Positions 21,992 through 35,014 of a stretch of DNA of 64,000 nt are shown here, one piece after another. Position numbers and translations under genes: made by a program. The notes beneath the pieces are model-generated. The model saw only the letters and a list, made by a program, of their open reading frames with translations, was not told the DNA's origin and searched no databases. Source of the DNA: Octopus bimaculoides (taxonomy: Eukaryota); contig NC_068984.1 in NCBI RefSeq assembly GCF_001194135.2, positions 91,945,882-92,009,881 of the forward strand, written 5' to 3'. Within the stretch, counting starts at the first letter, position 1. Every line of letters starts with the position of its first letter.

Positions 21992-24096
21992 CACCGGTTT
22001 ACAGAGAGATTGAGGCAAACAAAACTAGTCGTTGTAACCTAATTTTGGGGTGCTGATTTCAGATACAAAACCAGTTTTCACTCATCGCTTCTAGATTTTG
22101 AGACATACATTATTATGCTTTTGTGACAATTCACGTAACCGTATCTATGATCAATTTTTATTTTGTTTTCCAGATTTTAGTGATACATATTATACATATC
22201 TCTACAATGGCTTCAAGCACTTCAAAACACCGAGGATGCATCAGTAAGGCAAATTCATTCTGCTGCATGTGTGGAGGGATTTCTCGACAGTTGCACAACG
22301 CCGAAAATTTACTTCTCTCTTGAGAACCGCTTACTTTTATTATTTTAACTATAAAATTGGACAAATCCTGGGCCTCACACATCTGTTACAAACCCTTCTA
22401 CATTGAACTAACTGTATGGTTTAACGGCAAGAAAGCAGCCTTCAACTTTGCTGTCCCGATGGTCTGGAGAGAGTCACGAAGCCACGTAAATGATTGTTAT
22501 TTTTGTCTAACAAACACAACAGATTTCAATGCTTCTTCTAGAAAAAGATCAAATATCCCAACCTTCCTTCAGCTATGAGACCTGTTCCCCACTCAGATGA
22601 TCTCCCTGTCCCTACACCCCCAGCAAATAAGGATCTTCTTCCTTCAACAGATAAAGAAATGCCTTCAGGGGAAGATTCTGCGAAGTCGATCTCTTCTGAA
22701 GACAATATCTGTTTATTCAGAAGTAAGTGGCAATGAGCCCCACTGGATCACGCAGGAAGATCTGAATGACTTTACCCGTGTTTTGTATCTATCTAAGTAG
22801 TAGTCAGAACTCCTGACATCCCGGCTTAAGCAGTGGAACCTGGTCAAAGCAGATGTAAGGATCGTCTTCATTCTTCGAAATGGAAAACAGGTTGTGTTAG
22901 TGCACAAATGTCTGGCTTGTTCACCTTCCTTGGTTTCCTACACAATCTCTCAGACTGGCGTCTTTTCATAGACTCTTCCAGTATTAGCTCAGTATTCCCA
23001 TTGCCTACTCAGTCCATCTGAAGGAGTCGTACGACAATATAGAGCTCCATTTGGAAGCTGTTAGGTACAATAAGTACCAGTAGAGTCTCTGCAGGGTCCT
23101 TAAGATCATTGGGCCTCTTATGAGTATGCAAGCGGGCTTCACAAAGTACTGTTGCTTTCTATGTTTCTGGAACAGTCGTGCTGTATCCAAGCACTACAAG
23201 CAGAAGGACTAGGGATCTAGGATCACTTTGGTGACTGGTGAACACAGCATCCGAGAAAATCCTCTGGTGGATATGAACAAGGTGCTTCTTTCTTCTCTTC
23301 ATATCAAGATTGGTTTAATGAAGAATTTTGTGAAGGCCTGGACAAAAATGGCGCTGCCTTCCAACACTTGTGCACTTTGTTCCCAGCTCTGAGTTCTGCT
23401 AAGCTCAAGGAGAGCTTCGTCGGATCTCAGATTCGAAAGGTGCTGAAGGAAATGACTTTGAAGAGCTTCTTACCTTAAAGGAAATGAGAGCATGGGAAGC
23501 ATTTAAGTCAGTCTGCCATGGCTTCCTTGGTAACACACGGGTACTAGATTACAGAATGTATCGAGAAGTTGCTACAGTCTTATGAGGATATGGGATGCGG
23601 AATGTCACTCAAAATTCACTTTTCCCCCACTCCCGCCTCAACTTCTTTCCTCCGAAACACGGAGCAGTGAGTGATGAGCATGGAGAAAGGTTCCACAAAG
23701 ATATTACTTAGATGGAAAGCAACTACCAAGGCAAATGGAACCACGGCATGAGGGAGGCACTTTTGCTGGATGCTCTTACGTGACATCTTGGAGGAAAAGT
23801 ACACAAGATCGTCCAAAAAACTCACTTCTAACTGTCTGCTGTACTATGATTTGTATGTATTGTATTATCCAAGTAATTTAGTTCCATCAATGTTCTGTGT
23901 CTATGCTGTTTTTTTTTCTGTAATATGCTTTTGTTAGGAATGAAATAAACACATTTTATTTTGAATTTACATGCAGTATAATTAAAACGGCATACGTGAA
24001 AGCAAAAAATCTAGAGGTTATATCCGGGTGTAGAAAATTCTTTTGTATGATCCTTTTTATTTTTCGGCCAGACAGAGCCTGCACCTCCGTCTGGTG
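21992..24096 (+). mobile_element. Chapaev3-like (CMC) DNA transposon with a decayed transposase
   Basis: N-terminal ANSFCCMCG, DKSWASHIC, FAVPMVWRESRSHVNDCYFC, WRLFIDSS, TKYCCFLCFWNSRA, LHIKIGLMKNFVKA, SDEHGERFHKD; putative termini CAC/GTG with TTA/TAA flanks. Family assignment is from recalled motifs. Confidence 0.72.
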
Positions 24097-24179
24097 TAAA
24101 GCATACACTTTTCAGTATCCTTCACTTGATGCGGTAATGCGCAGAGTTTTCCTTCTATGTCCATATATGCCTTACTCGA

Positions 24180-24500
24180 GATGAGACATTTCACCTCTTA
24201 CTATTAAATGCGGACTTGCGGTTGTTAATCCTGATCCTGAAGACGGCCTCTGTCGCACCCACATGCATTTCATTTTCGCACGTCCGTCGCTCCAGTGGAA
24301 TCCTTTGAAACTACCCCTGCCTTATGCATGAGTTTCTGTATTGCAATGGCCGTTAAGTGGACATGTGATGTTCTGCATGGGCGATCTGCCTCTGTTTCAG
24401 CTTTGGGCTTACTAAAAGACACTCTCAAGCTGTGTTCATTAAATATTTTTCTGTATCTACGGTTTTGAGGAAAGTGTTTAACGATTAAGTGAAGGAATAT
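24180..24500 (-). mobile_element. Penelope-like element fragment (GIY-YIG endonuclease region)
   Basis: Minus strand YRKIFNEHSLRVSFS, TCPLNGHCNTE, HVGATEAVFRIRINNRKSAFN. Confidence 0.7.
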
Positions 24501-24703
24501 TCTTTACAACAGCCTTAAGTCCCAACAAACCGGATATGGCNNNNNNNNNNNNNNNNNNNNNNNNNNNNNNNNNNNNNNNNNNNNNNNNNNNNNNNNNNNN
24601 NNNNNNNNNNNNNNNNNNNNNNNNNNNNNNNNNNNNNNNNNGTAAAGTTATAAACATGATTAGGAGTATCAGATTCAAACTTTACCTACAATAGAATAAT
24701 TAA

Positions 24704-24760
24704 CAGGCGTGGTTGTATGGTAAGAAATTTGTTTTCCAGTCACATGATTCTAGGTTCAAT
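24704..24760 (+). mobile_element. SINE head fragment, family of 4605-4777
   Basis: ggcgtggttgtatggtaagaaatttgttttccagtcacatgattctaggttcaa. Confidence 0.65.
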
Positions 24761-24892
24761 AATGTTTTTTTCGTTGATAGTGTTCAATCGAAGTAGACTA
24801 ATTGCAAATTTATTACTCAATACAAGTGTAAAAGCTATCTAGTTTATTCAAGATATTATCCGATGATCGTTTTTACATGTGTCTGTGTCTGC

Positions 24893-24928
<36 letters not shown>

Positions 24929-24949
24929 TTGTTTCTATATATGTATATA

Positions 24950-25115
24950 CTGGGTTGGCCAAAAAGTTCGTTCGCTTTTTTTAAGGAAAATATAAAACTT
25001 ATTAAATATAAAACGACTTATTCAATCAATTATATAATTGCTGTTTAGTTTCAATACCTTCAGCCATCTTGCTGACTGATCCATTATTCTGCCCTCAAAG
25101 AATCTCCTCTCTTTA
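24950..25115 (-). mobile_element. Mariner 3' end remnant with a TIR
   Basis: TA-ctgggttggccaaaaagttcgttcg TIR; minus strand FFEGRIMDQSARWLKVIE matches the mariner C-terminus. Confidence 0.75.
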
Positions 25116-25727
25116 GGGTGATTTCAATCACACAAACTACAACCTGTCTAGTCATATGTGTGTATCGAACTACATTAGTGTATCAGGTATCTCACGAGTA
25201 GGCATGCGATAAAGATAAAAGGGAATGCTATCAAGTATCTAATGAGTACGATGCGCAAAGGAATGAGCATAATTTTTAAACTGCGTCCGGTAGTGGGTCC
25301 CTGGTACGGGAGTTCCAGGGTTTTGAGGAGTGGGGAACCATCTCTTAACAACTATTCCAAGTCTTCTCTAACCTGGAGTAATCACACCCATTAAGGCTCC
25401 AACTATGGATTAACTAGCATGAGAATGAAGGACCTCTTAGTTCTCTTTCGAACTTCCTTTTAGAAGAAGGTAAAACTCGCAAAAAAACCTGAAGCGAGTT
25501 ACTTTCTGTTCGTCTGAACCTTTGTTGTGCCAGTGGCGTTATGATTGCGTTAAAAAGTGAGTTCAGTAGAGTACAGTACTGTCTCCACTGAAAACAAATT
25601 CATGCGCAGGGACTTTTTAAACTCTTGTAAAATTTGCATGTACTTACTGAGTTTAGGAGGTGTTTTTACTTGGTCACGAATTGACTTCCGTAACATACAT
25701 ACATACATACATATAAACATACATACA

Positions 25728-25794
<67 letters not shown>

Positions 25795-25795
25795 A

Positions 25796-26380
25796 CTAGA
25801 CTACCCGTGACCCGTTGGGTCAACGGGAAACTCTGAGTTTCCCACCAACGGAGTTTTGTTTCTTGGGTTTCGTTCCTACTTTTCCTGGTTATTTCGCATA
25901 CTTTCAACGAACGTGACATCGAAATCATGCGTAAACGGCTTCTTTCTCCCCAAAAGAAACATTTGGCTGTTATTCCATGCACACCCTTCTACCACGTAAC
26001 AGGTATTTCGGGCCCTTTATCACAAATAGCTGTTACTTAGCCGCAGGGCGTGCTAGAAATAGCAGCCAAATCTTTGCAGCGCTGAGACACATTGAATGTA
26101 CTCGAAAAAACCTCTGGATAAAAACTATTTCACATCGAGGTTACGAACAGATCTTTTACGAAATATTTACCGTTTTTTAAAAGTAATTTTCACTTTAAAA
26201 TATTTTTCAAATGTGCAAATAAATTTTTTAATGGTATTCACTTGAAAATAATAAAAAAAAACATTAAAATATTGTCTGTTTAAAGAAAGCTAAATTAGAA
26301 ATACTTACTGTACAAACAACTTACTGTTTTGAAATCACATTCACTTAAAAGATATTTCTAAATGATTAAAATGTGTTTAG
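25796..26380 (-). mobile_element. Probable non-autonomous Helitron; 3' end at 25796, 5' extent uncertain
   Basis: Minus strand reads cccgttgacccaacgggtcacggg (hairpin) then tagtCTAG-t, abutting (ATCT)n. Confidence 0.5.
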
Positions 26381-27103
26381 CAAAAGAGAAAATAGAAACG
26401 TTCTTTCTACTATAATAACTATACTCTTGTGTTTTTCTCCGTTACAACATATGAATGGGAAAGGAAGGGGTGATAGATGTATAAGGTGGAAGGGGTGATA
26501 GATGATTGAGAAAGGAAGAGATGATGGCAAAATGTGAATGTTTTTATGTGTGAATGAACATTCAACGCTGAAAAGAAATATCAAATAGCGTTTCAACTCT
26601 GTGTGAGTATATGTGTATATATGTGTGAGTATATGTGCATGTACAAGGGAAGTATGTGATTGTTTGTATGTGTGATTATTATATACCTTATCTATGTATA
26701 AAATACTACAATTAGCTGTCATTTTTGGCGGCACGGGGTCAGCTAGTTTATTGTAAAGAACGAAATGTATTTATTCGTTAAGTCACTGTGTCTAATCGAA
26801 AGATAAGAGTTTCTTTCCTTTCAGGATAAAGATTATTTTCGGAGAATTTTCCTATTATGNNNNNNNNNNNNNNNNNNNNNNNNNNNNNNNNNNNNNNNNN
26901 NNNNNNNNNNNNNNNNNNNNNNNNNNNNNNNNNNNNNNNNNNNNNNNNNNNNNNNNNNNNNNNNNNNNNNNNNNNNNNNNNNNNNNNNNNNNNNNNNNNN
27001 NNNNNNNNNNNNNNNNNNNNNNNNNNNNNNNNNNNNNNNNNNNNNNNNNNNNNNNNNNNNNNNNNNNNNNNNNNNNNNNNNNNNNNNNNNNNNNNNNNNN
27101 NNN

Positions 27104-27168
<65 letters not shown>

Positions 27169-27229
27169 GATTGCATCATTTTGACAGATGATAGCCGTCC
27201 CATCAACACACACCACACCCCATCACACA

Positions 27230-27425
27230 GCACAATAACTCCATAGAAGAGCCCTCAGATGACTTTTAAGACCAGCTGCTGACTGACAGGGTTTAAAACA
27301 CAAGTGAGAGATATTCAAGTTTCTTCTATATCTTTGCCCTTTGGAATCTGATTCTGAAGGAATGTTTTTGTGAACTACCATATGTCTTTTAAGTGCAGAT
27401 ATTGTCTTACAAGTTTTGGGGCATA
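27230..27425 (-). mobile_element. Two C2H2-like zinc-finger motifs, probably the 3' end of an RTE-type LINE
   Basis: VCPKTCKTISALKRHMVVH and HLCFKPCQSAAGLKSHLRA; no TGEKP linker; bounded by microsatellites. Confidence 0.5.
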
Positions 27426-27718
27426 CATACATACATACATACATACATACATACATACATGTATATATGAATGTGTGCGTATGTGTGTGTACGTGTGACA
27501 GAAGTGGGGCGGTATTTAAAGCCGTTAGCAGCACCTGACATTACCCGGGTTCATGCAATCAGAAAAAGTCAAGTGACATTATCCCTTCGAAAAGCTTAAG
27601 CTACCTAGGTGCAAAACAGTGGACGACAACATGGAACATTGATAATCACGTATATACATACGTTTGAATTCCTTTAAGTTTCTGAGAAATTCTTTGTAAA
27701 AAAGATTTATTGTTTGTC

Positions 27719-27755
27719 CGAGAATGTTGTCCGAGAATGTTGTCCGAGAATGTTG
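27719..27755. repeat. 13-bp tandem repeat, about 3 copies
   Basis: ccgagaatgttgt repeated. Confidence 0.9.
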
Positions 27756-29643
27756 CATAAATCTTCATAAGATTGTTCAAGTTAACTTTTTAAAAAATGT
27801 GTAAATGAATAAAGGAGTAAATATAATTACTAAAGCAAAAGACCTTACGTTGTGCTCACACCTTTCACGAATATAATAAATACATATGCTCTAGAAACAA
27901 ATACATAACATAAAAAGAAATCAATAGAAATTTGTAAATTACTTCAAATATATTCTATTTCCAATATCTATTGCCGCTGTTGAATGTATACAGTATTAGA
28001 AGTACCAAAGAATTTATGTATGTGTATGTGAGCATGTGTGTATATGCATGTGTATGTTCATGTGTATGTGTGTGCATGTATACATGAATACGTGTATATA
28101 CGTATATGTGTGTATACGTTACAATACCCATTATCTTGTTATCGGCTTAGACTGTATATCAACGTCTATTTTTTAAAATGAATACATTATTTTAATGTAC
28201 CTGTTCTATAATAACATATAGTTTGACCTGTGTGTGTGTGTGTGGAGGGATGCAGCAATTGCTTATTTTATTCTTTCTGCAGCTTTTCTGTTTCTGCATT
28301 TTTTCTATCTCACTGTTATACTGTCTCTCCTGTGTCACTTTTTGTCTTCTCCTTTGCTTTATCTCTCTAGAATTGTCTGTCTCTCCCTCTTCTCACTGTG
28401 ACATCAGCATTAATTCAGCAATCCTAAGTTGTACACACCCACACAGACAATTACAATTATAAAATAGATATCATCTTGCCGAAACGGATTAGGTTTTGAT
28501 TACTGGAAATTAATGATCCTCATACAATGTTTTAAGAAAATTAGGGCAATCAGCTATGAAAAAGGAGAAAATTAACTGGTAACAGCAGATATAGTACTAA
28601 TAATTATCTATGAAATAAGACTTCACGCTATTAGTAAAGAACCAAAGGCTGAAATGTTCTCCATTTAGGAGCACTTCTCCCAAATAGTAACAATATTAGC
28701 AATAGTCTCTGTGAGTTCACGGTATGCTAGCAGTAACAGCAATGATGACAACATTAGCAATTGTACAGAAAAGGAGAAAACTTAATAGAAATGAAAAAAA
28801 GTGGAGTCCCCTATTTGCCACAGATGAGGCATCATATTACGAAAATTTTTCTAAACACTAAATCTTATACCATTCATATGACATAGCGATGTATCAAATT
28901 GTTAATGGCTGTTTAATGATGCTGCCGGTGTTATTGTTGTTTTTGTTTAGCTATGACTGAAGAAAACATTCGTACCGTGATCAACCAATCGTTTAAAATG
29001 TACCTAGGAAGACTGTAGGGTTGGAACTTCAAAGATTTTACGGATATATGCTGATCCATCGACCTCATTGACTCGTCTGTTGAATATGGTCTAAAGTCTT
29101 CCATAGGAGACTTTCGACTGCTTAATTCGGCAGAAAGCAACTTTGAGCTAATCTTTACAGGATTGACCAAACTACTAGAAATAGCAGCGAAATTACATCC
29201 TTCAGTCTTAAACATTGATGCACATATAATCTGGTCCTGGATGGACACCGCTTAAAAAAAAAAAAAATGAAATGACCAAGGCTTTAACGCCTTTGATCAT
29301 AAGGCTGACTTGGTTTAAATTAACAACAGAATTTTACAGTTGTTCAAAATGGTAAGAGGAGGTGAGAAAAAGAGGCAGCCTTTCTAACATATCAAAGAGA
29401 AGTAACCTGTCTTGAAAATGACAATTTCACTTATATACATCAACAGAATGAAAGACTCATATTAAGCTAGATAGAATTAGAAGTCTGCAAGAGAATCATA
29501 TAACTTTCTTTGGAGAAAATTGAACTTTCCAAATGACATTTAATACATTTGACTACTCTCAGGAATGCGCAGAAATCAAACTCTGTGCAAATACCAACAT
29601 TTTTTCCTTACTTTTCTTTTCCTCTTTTTCTTTGGGAAATAGA

Positions 29644-29707
29644 ATTACATTATGTATTTATTACATTATGTATTTATTACATTATGTATTTATTACATTA
29701 TGTATTT
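29644..29707. repeat. 16-bp minisatellite, 4 copies
   Basis: attacattatgtattt repeated. Confidence 0.9.
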
Positions 29708-30491
29708 ATGTATTTATATTGCATTAAAAAAATTGTGGTTGTAAAGTCCAGCAACCTATCAATGTTTTCTGAAACTTTATTCTTATTCATTCTTTAATAC
29801 AAATATCTACCTGCAGCGGCTAGAAATTGAAAACAAGTACATGCTATTAGAGAAACGTGTTTTCCGCTCGTGTAGGTGGAAAGTATAAGGAAGAAAAGAA
29901 AGATCAGGATAAGAATGAATTCCTCCTATCAATAGCTTCTTGACTGACACCCATTCAGCTCATAAAAAGTCAACAGTGGGTGGATAGACCGACAAAGTAG
30001 TTGGCAAAGAGAAGGGGTGGGTGGCAAAACGGCTCTTATCACTAAACATTCACCGACAGACTGACTGATTGTTGAAATTATTGTTGCTCACTAAAAATTC
30101 ACAATAAACACAACAACAACAACAACAGCTAAACCTTTCCCACGTTTTAATAAGTAATACAAAGCAAGGTGACGTAGTTTACTATTTGTATGAGTTAACC
30201 TGACAATAAACATCAGTGATACAAAAGTTGTTTTACACATACTAAGTATTAAATTCAACATCTTAAACATAGTAGCAAGAACAGCAGAAACAGATTCTAG
30301 TTTTAGTAGTTTTTCTTTTTTACATATAACTGAAAAACTCCCAAGCTCTGATAGTTGCTCTTTTTTCCTTTTCCTCCACCATATTCGAAGTCGGAAAATA
30401 TGGCACAGAAAAGAACACTAATCTATTGTTGGATATTAACATTTGTGTCACTGGTGGTAAGTATCTGTTGTATTAGTTTTAATTAGTGAGT

Positions 30492-30555
<64 letters not shown>

Positions 30556-32279
30556 NNNNNNNNNNNNNNNNNNNNNNNNNNNNNNNNNNNNNNNNNNNNN
30601 NNNNNNNNNNNNNNNNNNNNNNNNNNNNNNNNNNNNNNNNNNNNNNNNNNNNNNNNNNNNNNNNNNNNNNNNNNNNNNNNNNNNNNNNNNNNNNNNNNNN
30701 NNNNNNNNNNNNNNNNNNNNNNNNNNNNNNNNNNNNNNNNNNNNNNNNNNNNNNNNNNNNNNNNNNNNNNNNNNNNNNNNNNNNNNNNNNNNNNNNNNNN
30801 NNNNNNNNNNNNNNNNNNNNNNNNNNNNNNNNNNNNNNNNNNNNNNNNNNNNNNNNNNNNNNNNNNNNNNNNNNNNNNNNNNNNNNNNNNNNNNNNNNNN
30901 NNNNNNNNNNNNNNNNNNNNNNNNNNNNNNNNNNNNATTCTTTTGATCCTTTTTAGAAAATGCACGTATATCGCATATTTCCATTTTTGTATATGTTTCA
31001 TAAAATTTTTGCATACGCTTTATAAAAATTATAATGTTAGCTGTTCATTTCAGCAATTTATGTACAGAGTTCATTTGCTGCATCAATTAATGTTGTCATC
31101 AATATCATGTTATTGATTCCATATCGCAATTAGTTATAGTTCTTTATAACTCTAAGCTGAATGACCGCGATAGGGAGGTGCCAAGTTTTCTTTCCTCTAC
31201 GCTCTCTGTGCAACCCCAACTCGAATCGACTTTGCCACCAATCTGGGTTTCTATAATAAATACCAGTAATATTCTGTGGTAGACTTAATCGCTTATAATT
31301 TTTCCCGTAAAAATTTGCCCAACATCTAACATCAGACAAAAGAAATCATTATCTATCAATATAAATCGCCTATTTAAAAATAACTTTTATCAGTTACTTC
31401 ATCGCGTTCCAACTTATTGCAGTGATGATACAATTGTCGGGACTTCTAATTGAAAATTTTGCGTTTACATGAGTAAATTGAAACCCTAATATCAAAATAT
31501 ACCATATCCACAGCATATGTAATACTTCTGTCTTCATTCTCCTCCTCTTACTACTACTAGATCCTCTACTACTGTGCGGTACGACCCATTAAAATGTGGT
31601 ACAGGCTAAGTAGGGATAGACAAACTGTCTACGCCGTGAAGTTTCTGATTAAACGCTGTGTTGTTGACAATAATGATTACAACGAAAAATGATTACATCA
31701 GAAATTTGATAACGATGACGACGATGATGATGATGATGTGTAAAACTTCCTGACGGCTAAAAATAGAACGTATTAACGAATGTCAGAAATCAAATGTTTC
31801 ATTTAGGTATGTATCTGTTTGTGTGTATGCGTTTTGCATGTGAATATATATACATATATTTAGATATATGTATGTATGTATGTATGTATGTACACGTATG
31901 TACGTATATATATATATATACATGTATGTATGTATACATACACACATACATACATGTATGTGTGTATGTGTGTGTGTGTGAATATATGTATTCACATATA
32001 CACAAAGAGCATATACCAATATTCACATAGGGGCACAAAAATGTGCGTGTGTGTGTGTGTATATATATATACACATACACAGATAAATACATATATAATA
32101 AATATACATATGCATACGTACACATACACAGAGACACACTGCTCACACATACATACACACAATATTAGATGAGACATTTAAGTATAGGCCCTCCCACGGG
32201 ACTCAATAGCTATATCTATCGCATTCCAGGCGACCACATTTGCAGTTTATATGTATGTGTATATGTACACACACATTCG

Positions 32280-32312
<33 letters not shown>

Positions 32313-33036
32313 GTGCATGGAGTTGGTATTTTTTGATAAATCAGGACAGGAAATGAATATTATCTGGAAAAAAAATGACTAACAAACTAAAGTATAAACA
32401 TTTTATTAGAAATATATGCTTATGTGTTTCCCTCTAATTTACATTTGCAAATACGCGCACCCGCTCGCTTGTACAAACACAAACACACATACACACACTA
32501 GTGCATACCGATAATGTCCTCGAGCAGGCCACTCACCTTCTTATTGCACCGGTCTATTCAACTTGATAGACGCATAAAATATACTCACAGAAATAGGTAA
32601 ATTTTTGATAATTTTCTGTATATATGTGTATACAACTATTTATATGCATACGGAAAATTTAGGTAGAATATGTACGTTAATGCAGATTGTACATGTGAGG
32701 AACCGCATATTATGAGTGCATTCCATTTTATAGCAGAATCAGCTGTAAGTTAATGAACTTCATTACATAATANNNNNNNNNNNNNNNNNNNNNNNNNNNN
32801 NNNNNNNNNNNNNNNNNNNNNNNNNNNNNNNNNNNNNNNNNNNNNNNNNNNNNNNNNNNNNNNNNNNNNNNNNNNNNNNNNNNNNNNNNNNNNNNNNNNN
32901 NNNNNNNNNNNNNNNNNNNNNNNNNNNNNNNNNNNNNNNNNNNNNNNNNNNNNNNNNNNNNNNNNNNNNNNNNNNNNNNNNNNNNNNNNNNNNNNNNNNN
33001 NNNNNNNNNNNNNNNNNNNNNNNNNNNNNNNNNATA

Positions 33037-33314
33037 ATTTTATAAAAAACATATCAGTACCGGTTTCAGCCATTGGAAAACAATTAAATTTTGGAAAAAT
33101 TGAAAGAAAAGTTTTTTAAAACAATATTTGCATAGTATTCAAATACAAGGGGTATTTTCCTTGTTTCTACCTATTTCTGTCTCTCGAACCCACAAGAGTA
33201 TTTGAATACTATGCAAATATTCTTTTAATTTTTCCAAAATTTAATTGTTTTCCATACTTACGGTTGAAAAAGTCTCAATGACTGAAACCAGTACTGAAAT
33301 GCTTTTTATAAAAT
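33037..33314. repeat. Long inverted repeat, MITE-like foldback
   Basis: Arms 33037-33146 and 33198-33314; ggaaaacaattaaattttggaaaaatt and aatatttgcatagtattcaaatac each have reverse-complement partners; indels on both arms. Confidence 0.88.
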
Positions 33315-33425
33315 CATTTTAGCATTTTCTACCTTGACTTTTTTTTCCATATATATCAACTCGTGTGTTCCTTTTCAACCTTCCACACACGCACACACGC
33401 ACATACACATATATATACATATATA

Positions 33426-34327
33426 CACGAGGGGGTACCCAAAAGAAACCGTATTTTGCAATATTATTTTATTCTCTTAGTTTTACATTTACACTTTTAT
33501 CGCCTTCAAAGTATTCTCCATTTGAAGCAATGCATCGGTCTAGGCGCGTTTTCCACTATTTGAAGCAGTGCTGGATCTTTTGCGGAGTGATTCTCTTAAC
33601 GCCTCCATCGTTTTTTTCTTCACCTCTTTCACATCTGCAAATTCCATAGCATCAGCTTTCGTCACCAGGGATGACCTTCGAAAAATGATCCGGATCAATT
33701 TCCAGCTGTTCTTTCAGTTCGTGACATGCATTCAGTCGTGACTGCTTTAGATATTCCGTAAGCAATCCAAGCACAAATTTTGCTGCATCTCTTTTCATTC
33801 GCAATTCCTCGCTCAGAATTCGTTGGAAGGAGTTTCAAGAAACGCCAGTCATATCAACAAGTTCGTCAGTTGTTCAGTGACGGTGCTCCAATATCAGTTC
33901 ATGAATTTTCATGTTTTCATTCGTTCAGGAGATCAACGGTCGACCTGAATAAAATTGGTCTTGAAGCGACAAGTGACCATTCCTAAAGCGTGGAAACCAC
34001 TCGTAAGATTGTATTTTGTTCATGGCAGCGTCCTTGTAAGCTGTTTGAAGCATGACAACTGTTTCGGCCGCCGTTTTCTCAGCAGAAAACGGAATTTCAC
34101 GAAAGCACACTGTTCTTTCGTTTCACCCATCGTAAAAATCGACGAACAGGGAAGAAGCACTGCAAAACAAAGACGCACCATGTGGCAGTAGGACGCAACG
34201 TGAAGACGCCGGTTGGCAGACTGATGGTTGAGGGTCGCATCAAGTGGCTTCTTGCGGCGAAAGTCTGAACTACAAAGAGTTTGTCCCACAGAGAACATTT
34301 CTGGTTACTTTTGGGTACCTCCTCGTA
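33426..34327 (-). mobile_element. Internally deleted mariner transposon
   Basis: TIRs cacgagggggtacccaaaag and cttttgggtacctcctcgta, TA flanks; KTAAETVVMLQTAYKDAAMNKIQSYEWFPRFRNG..SGRP (HTH), FSKVIPGDES, WKTRLDRCIASNGEYFEG. Confidence 0.92.
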
Positions 34328-34333
34328 TATATA

Positions 34334-34948
34334 CAGGGTGCGATGGGTAAACTGTCACCATTTTTATTTCGCGCATGCTCATTGTTTGTTTTGATTTTGT
34401 CGACTACACAGTATAGTAGGCACAGTCTGCTAGAAAAACAGCACCGTGATGCAATTCACTCTGCCAGAAATTTGGAAACGACAAGCTGTACTGCTTGGCA
34501 TTTGCACCGGAAGCTCTAATACGAACATTTCATAGTGTTTGGGTGTCAATCTGAGGAGAGTGCAGAGGATTCGAAAAGAGTTGGATGGGTCTAATGGTGA
34601 TTACGAAGGTACGGCAGCTCGGAAAACTCACTCTGATCGTCCTGATAAAAAAAAAACTCATGAATTTGTTGGTGAGATCCAGGCCATGATTGACAACGAT
34701 CCCTCCAAGTCAAACAGGTCCATCGCCAGGGACATGGGAATGTCTGAGTTTCTTATCAAGCATGAAGACATTCGGTATTCCTCATGCAAGATGAGAAAGG
34801 GCCAATTTTTATCTCAAGCCATCAAGGAGAGGAGAGAAGACCACCCTACGAAGTCTTTGAACAAAATCAAGCATCTCCTCCAAACCAACATACTTTGGTT
34901 TTTCTTAGACGAGAAAGATTTCTGCCAGGATCAGGTGGTGAACATACA
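34334..34948 (+). mobile_element. 5' part of a Tc1/mariner-superfamily element, maT/DD37D-like
   Basis: Starts TA-cagggtg; DNDPSKSNRSIARDMGMSEFLI (HTH) and LWFFLDEKDFCQDQVVN (first catalytic Asp motif); truncated. Confidence 0.75.
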
Positions 34949-35014
34949 GAACATGTACCGAGAGTGGTACATGTTCCGAGTGGTACATGTTCCGAGTGGT
35001 ACATGTTCAGATAG

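Noticed and set aside
26725-26750. Possible plus-strand Helitron end (gcggcacggggtcagCTAGt)
   Set aside because: No convincing upstream hairpin and no identifiable 5' end.
27223-27534. Host C2H2 zinc-finger gene, given the known cephalopod ZNF expansion
   Set aside because: Only two imperfect fingers, no TGEKP linker or exon context, and the N-terminus is microsatellite; it fits a LINE C-terminal finger better.
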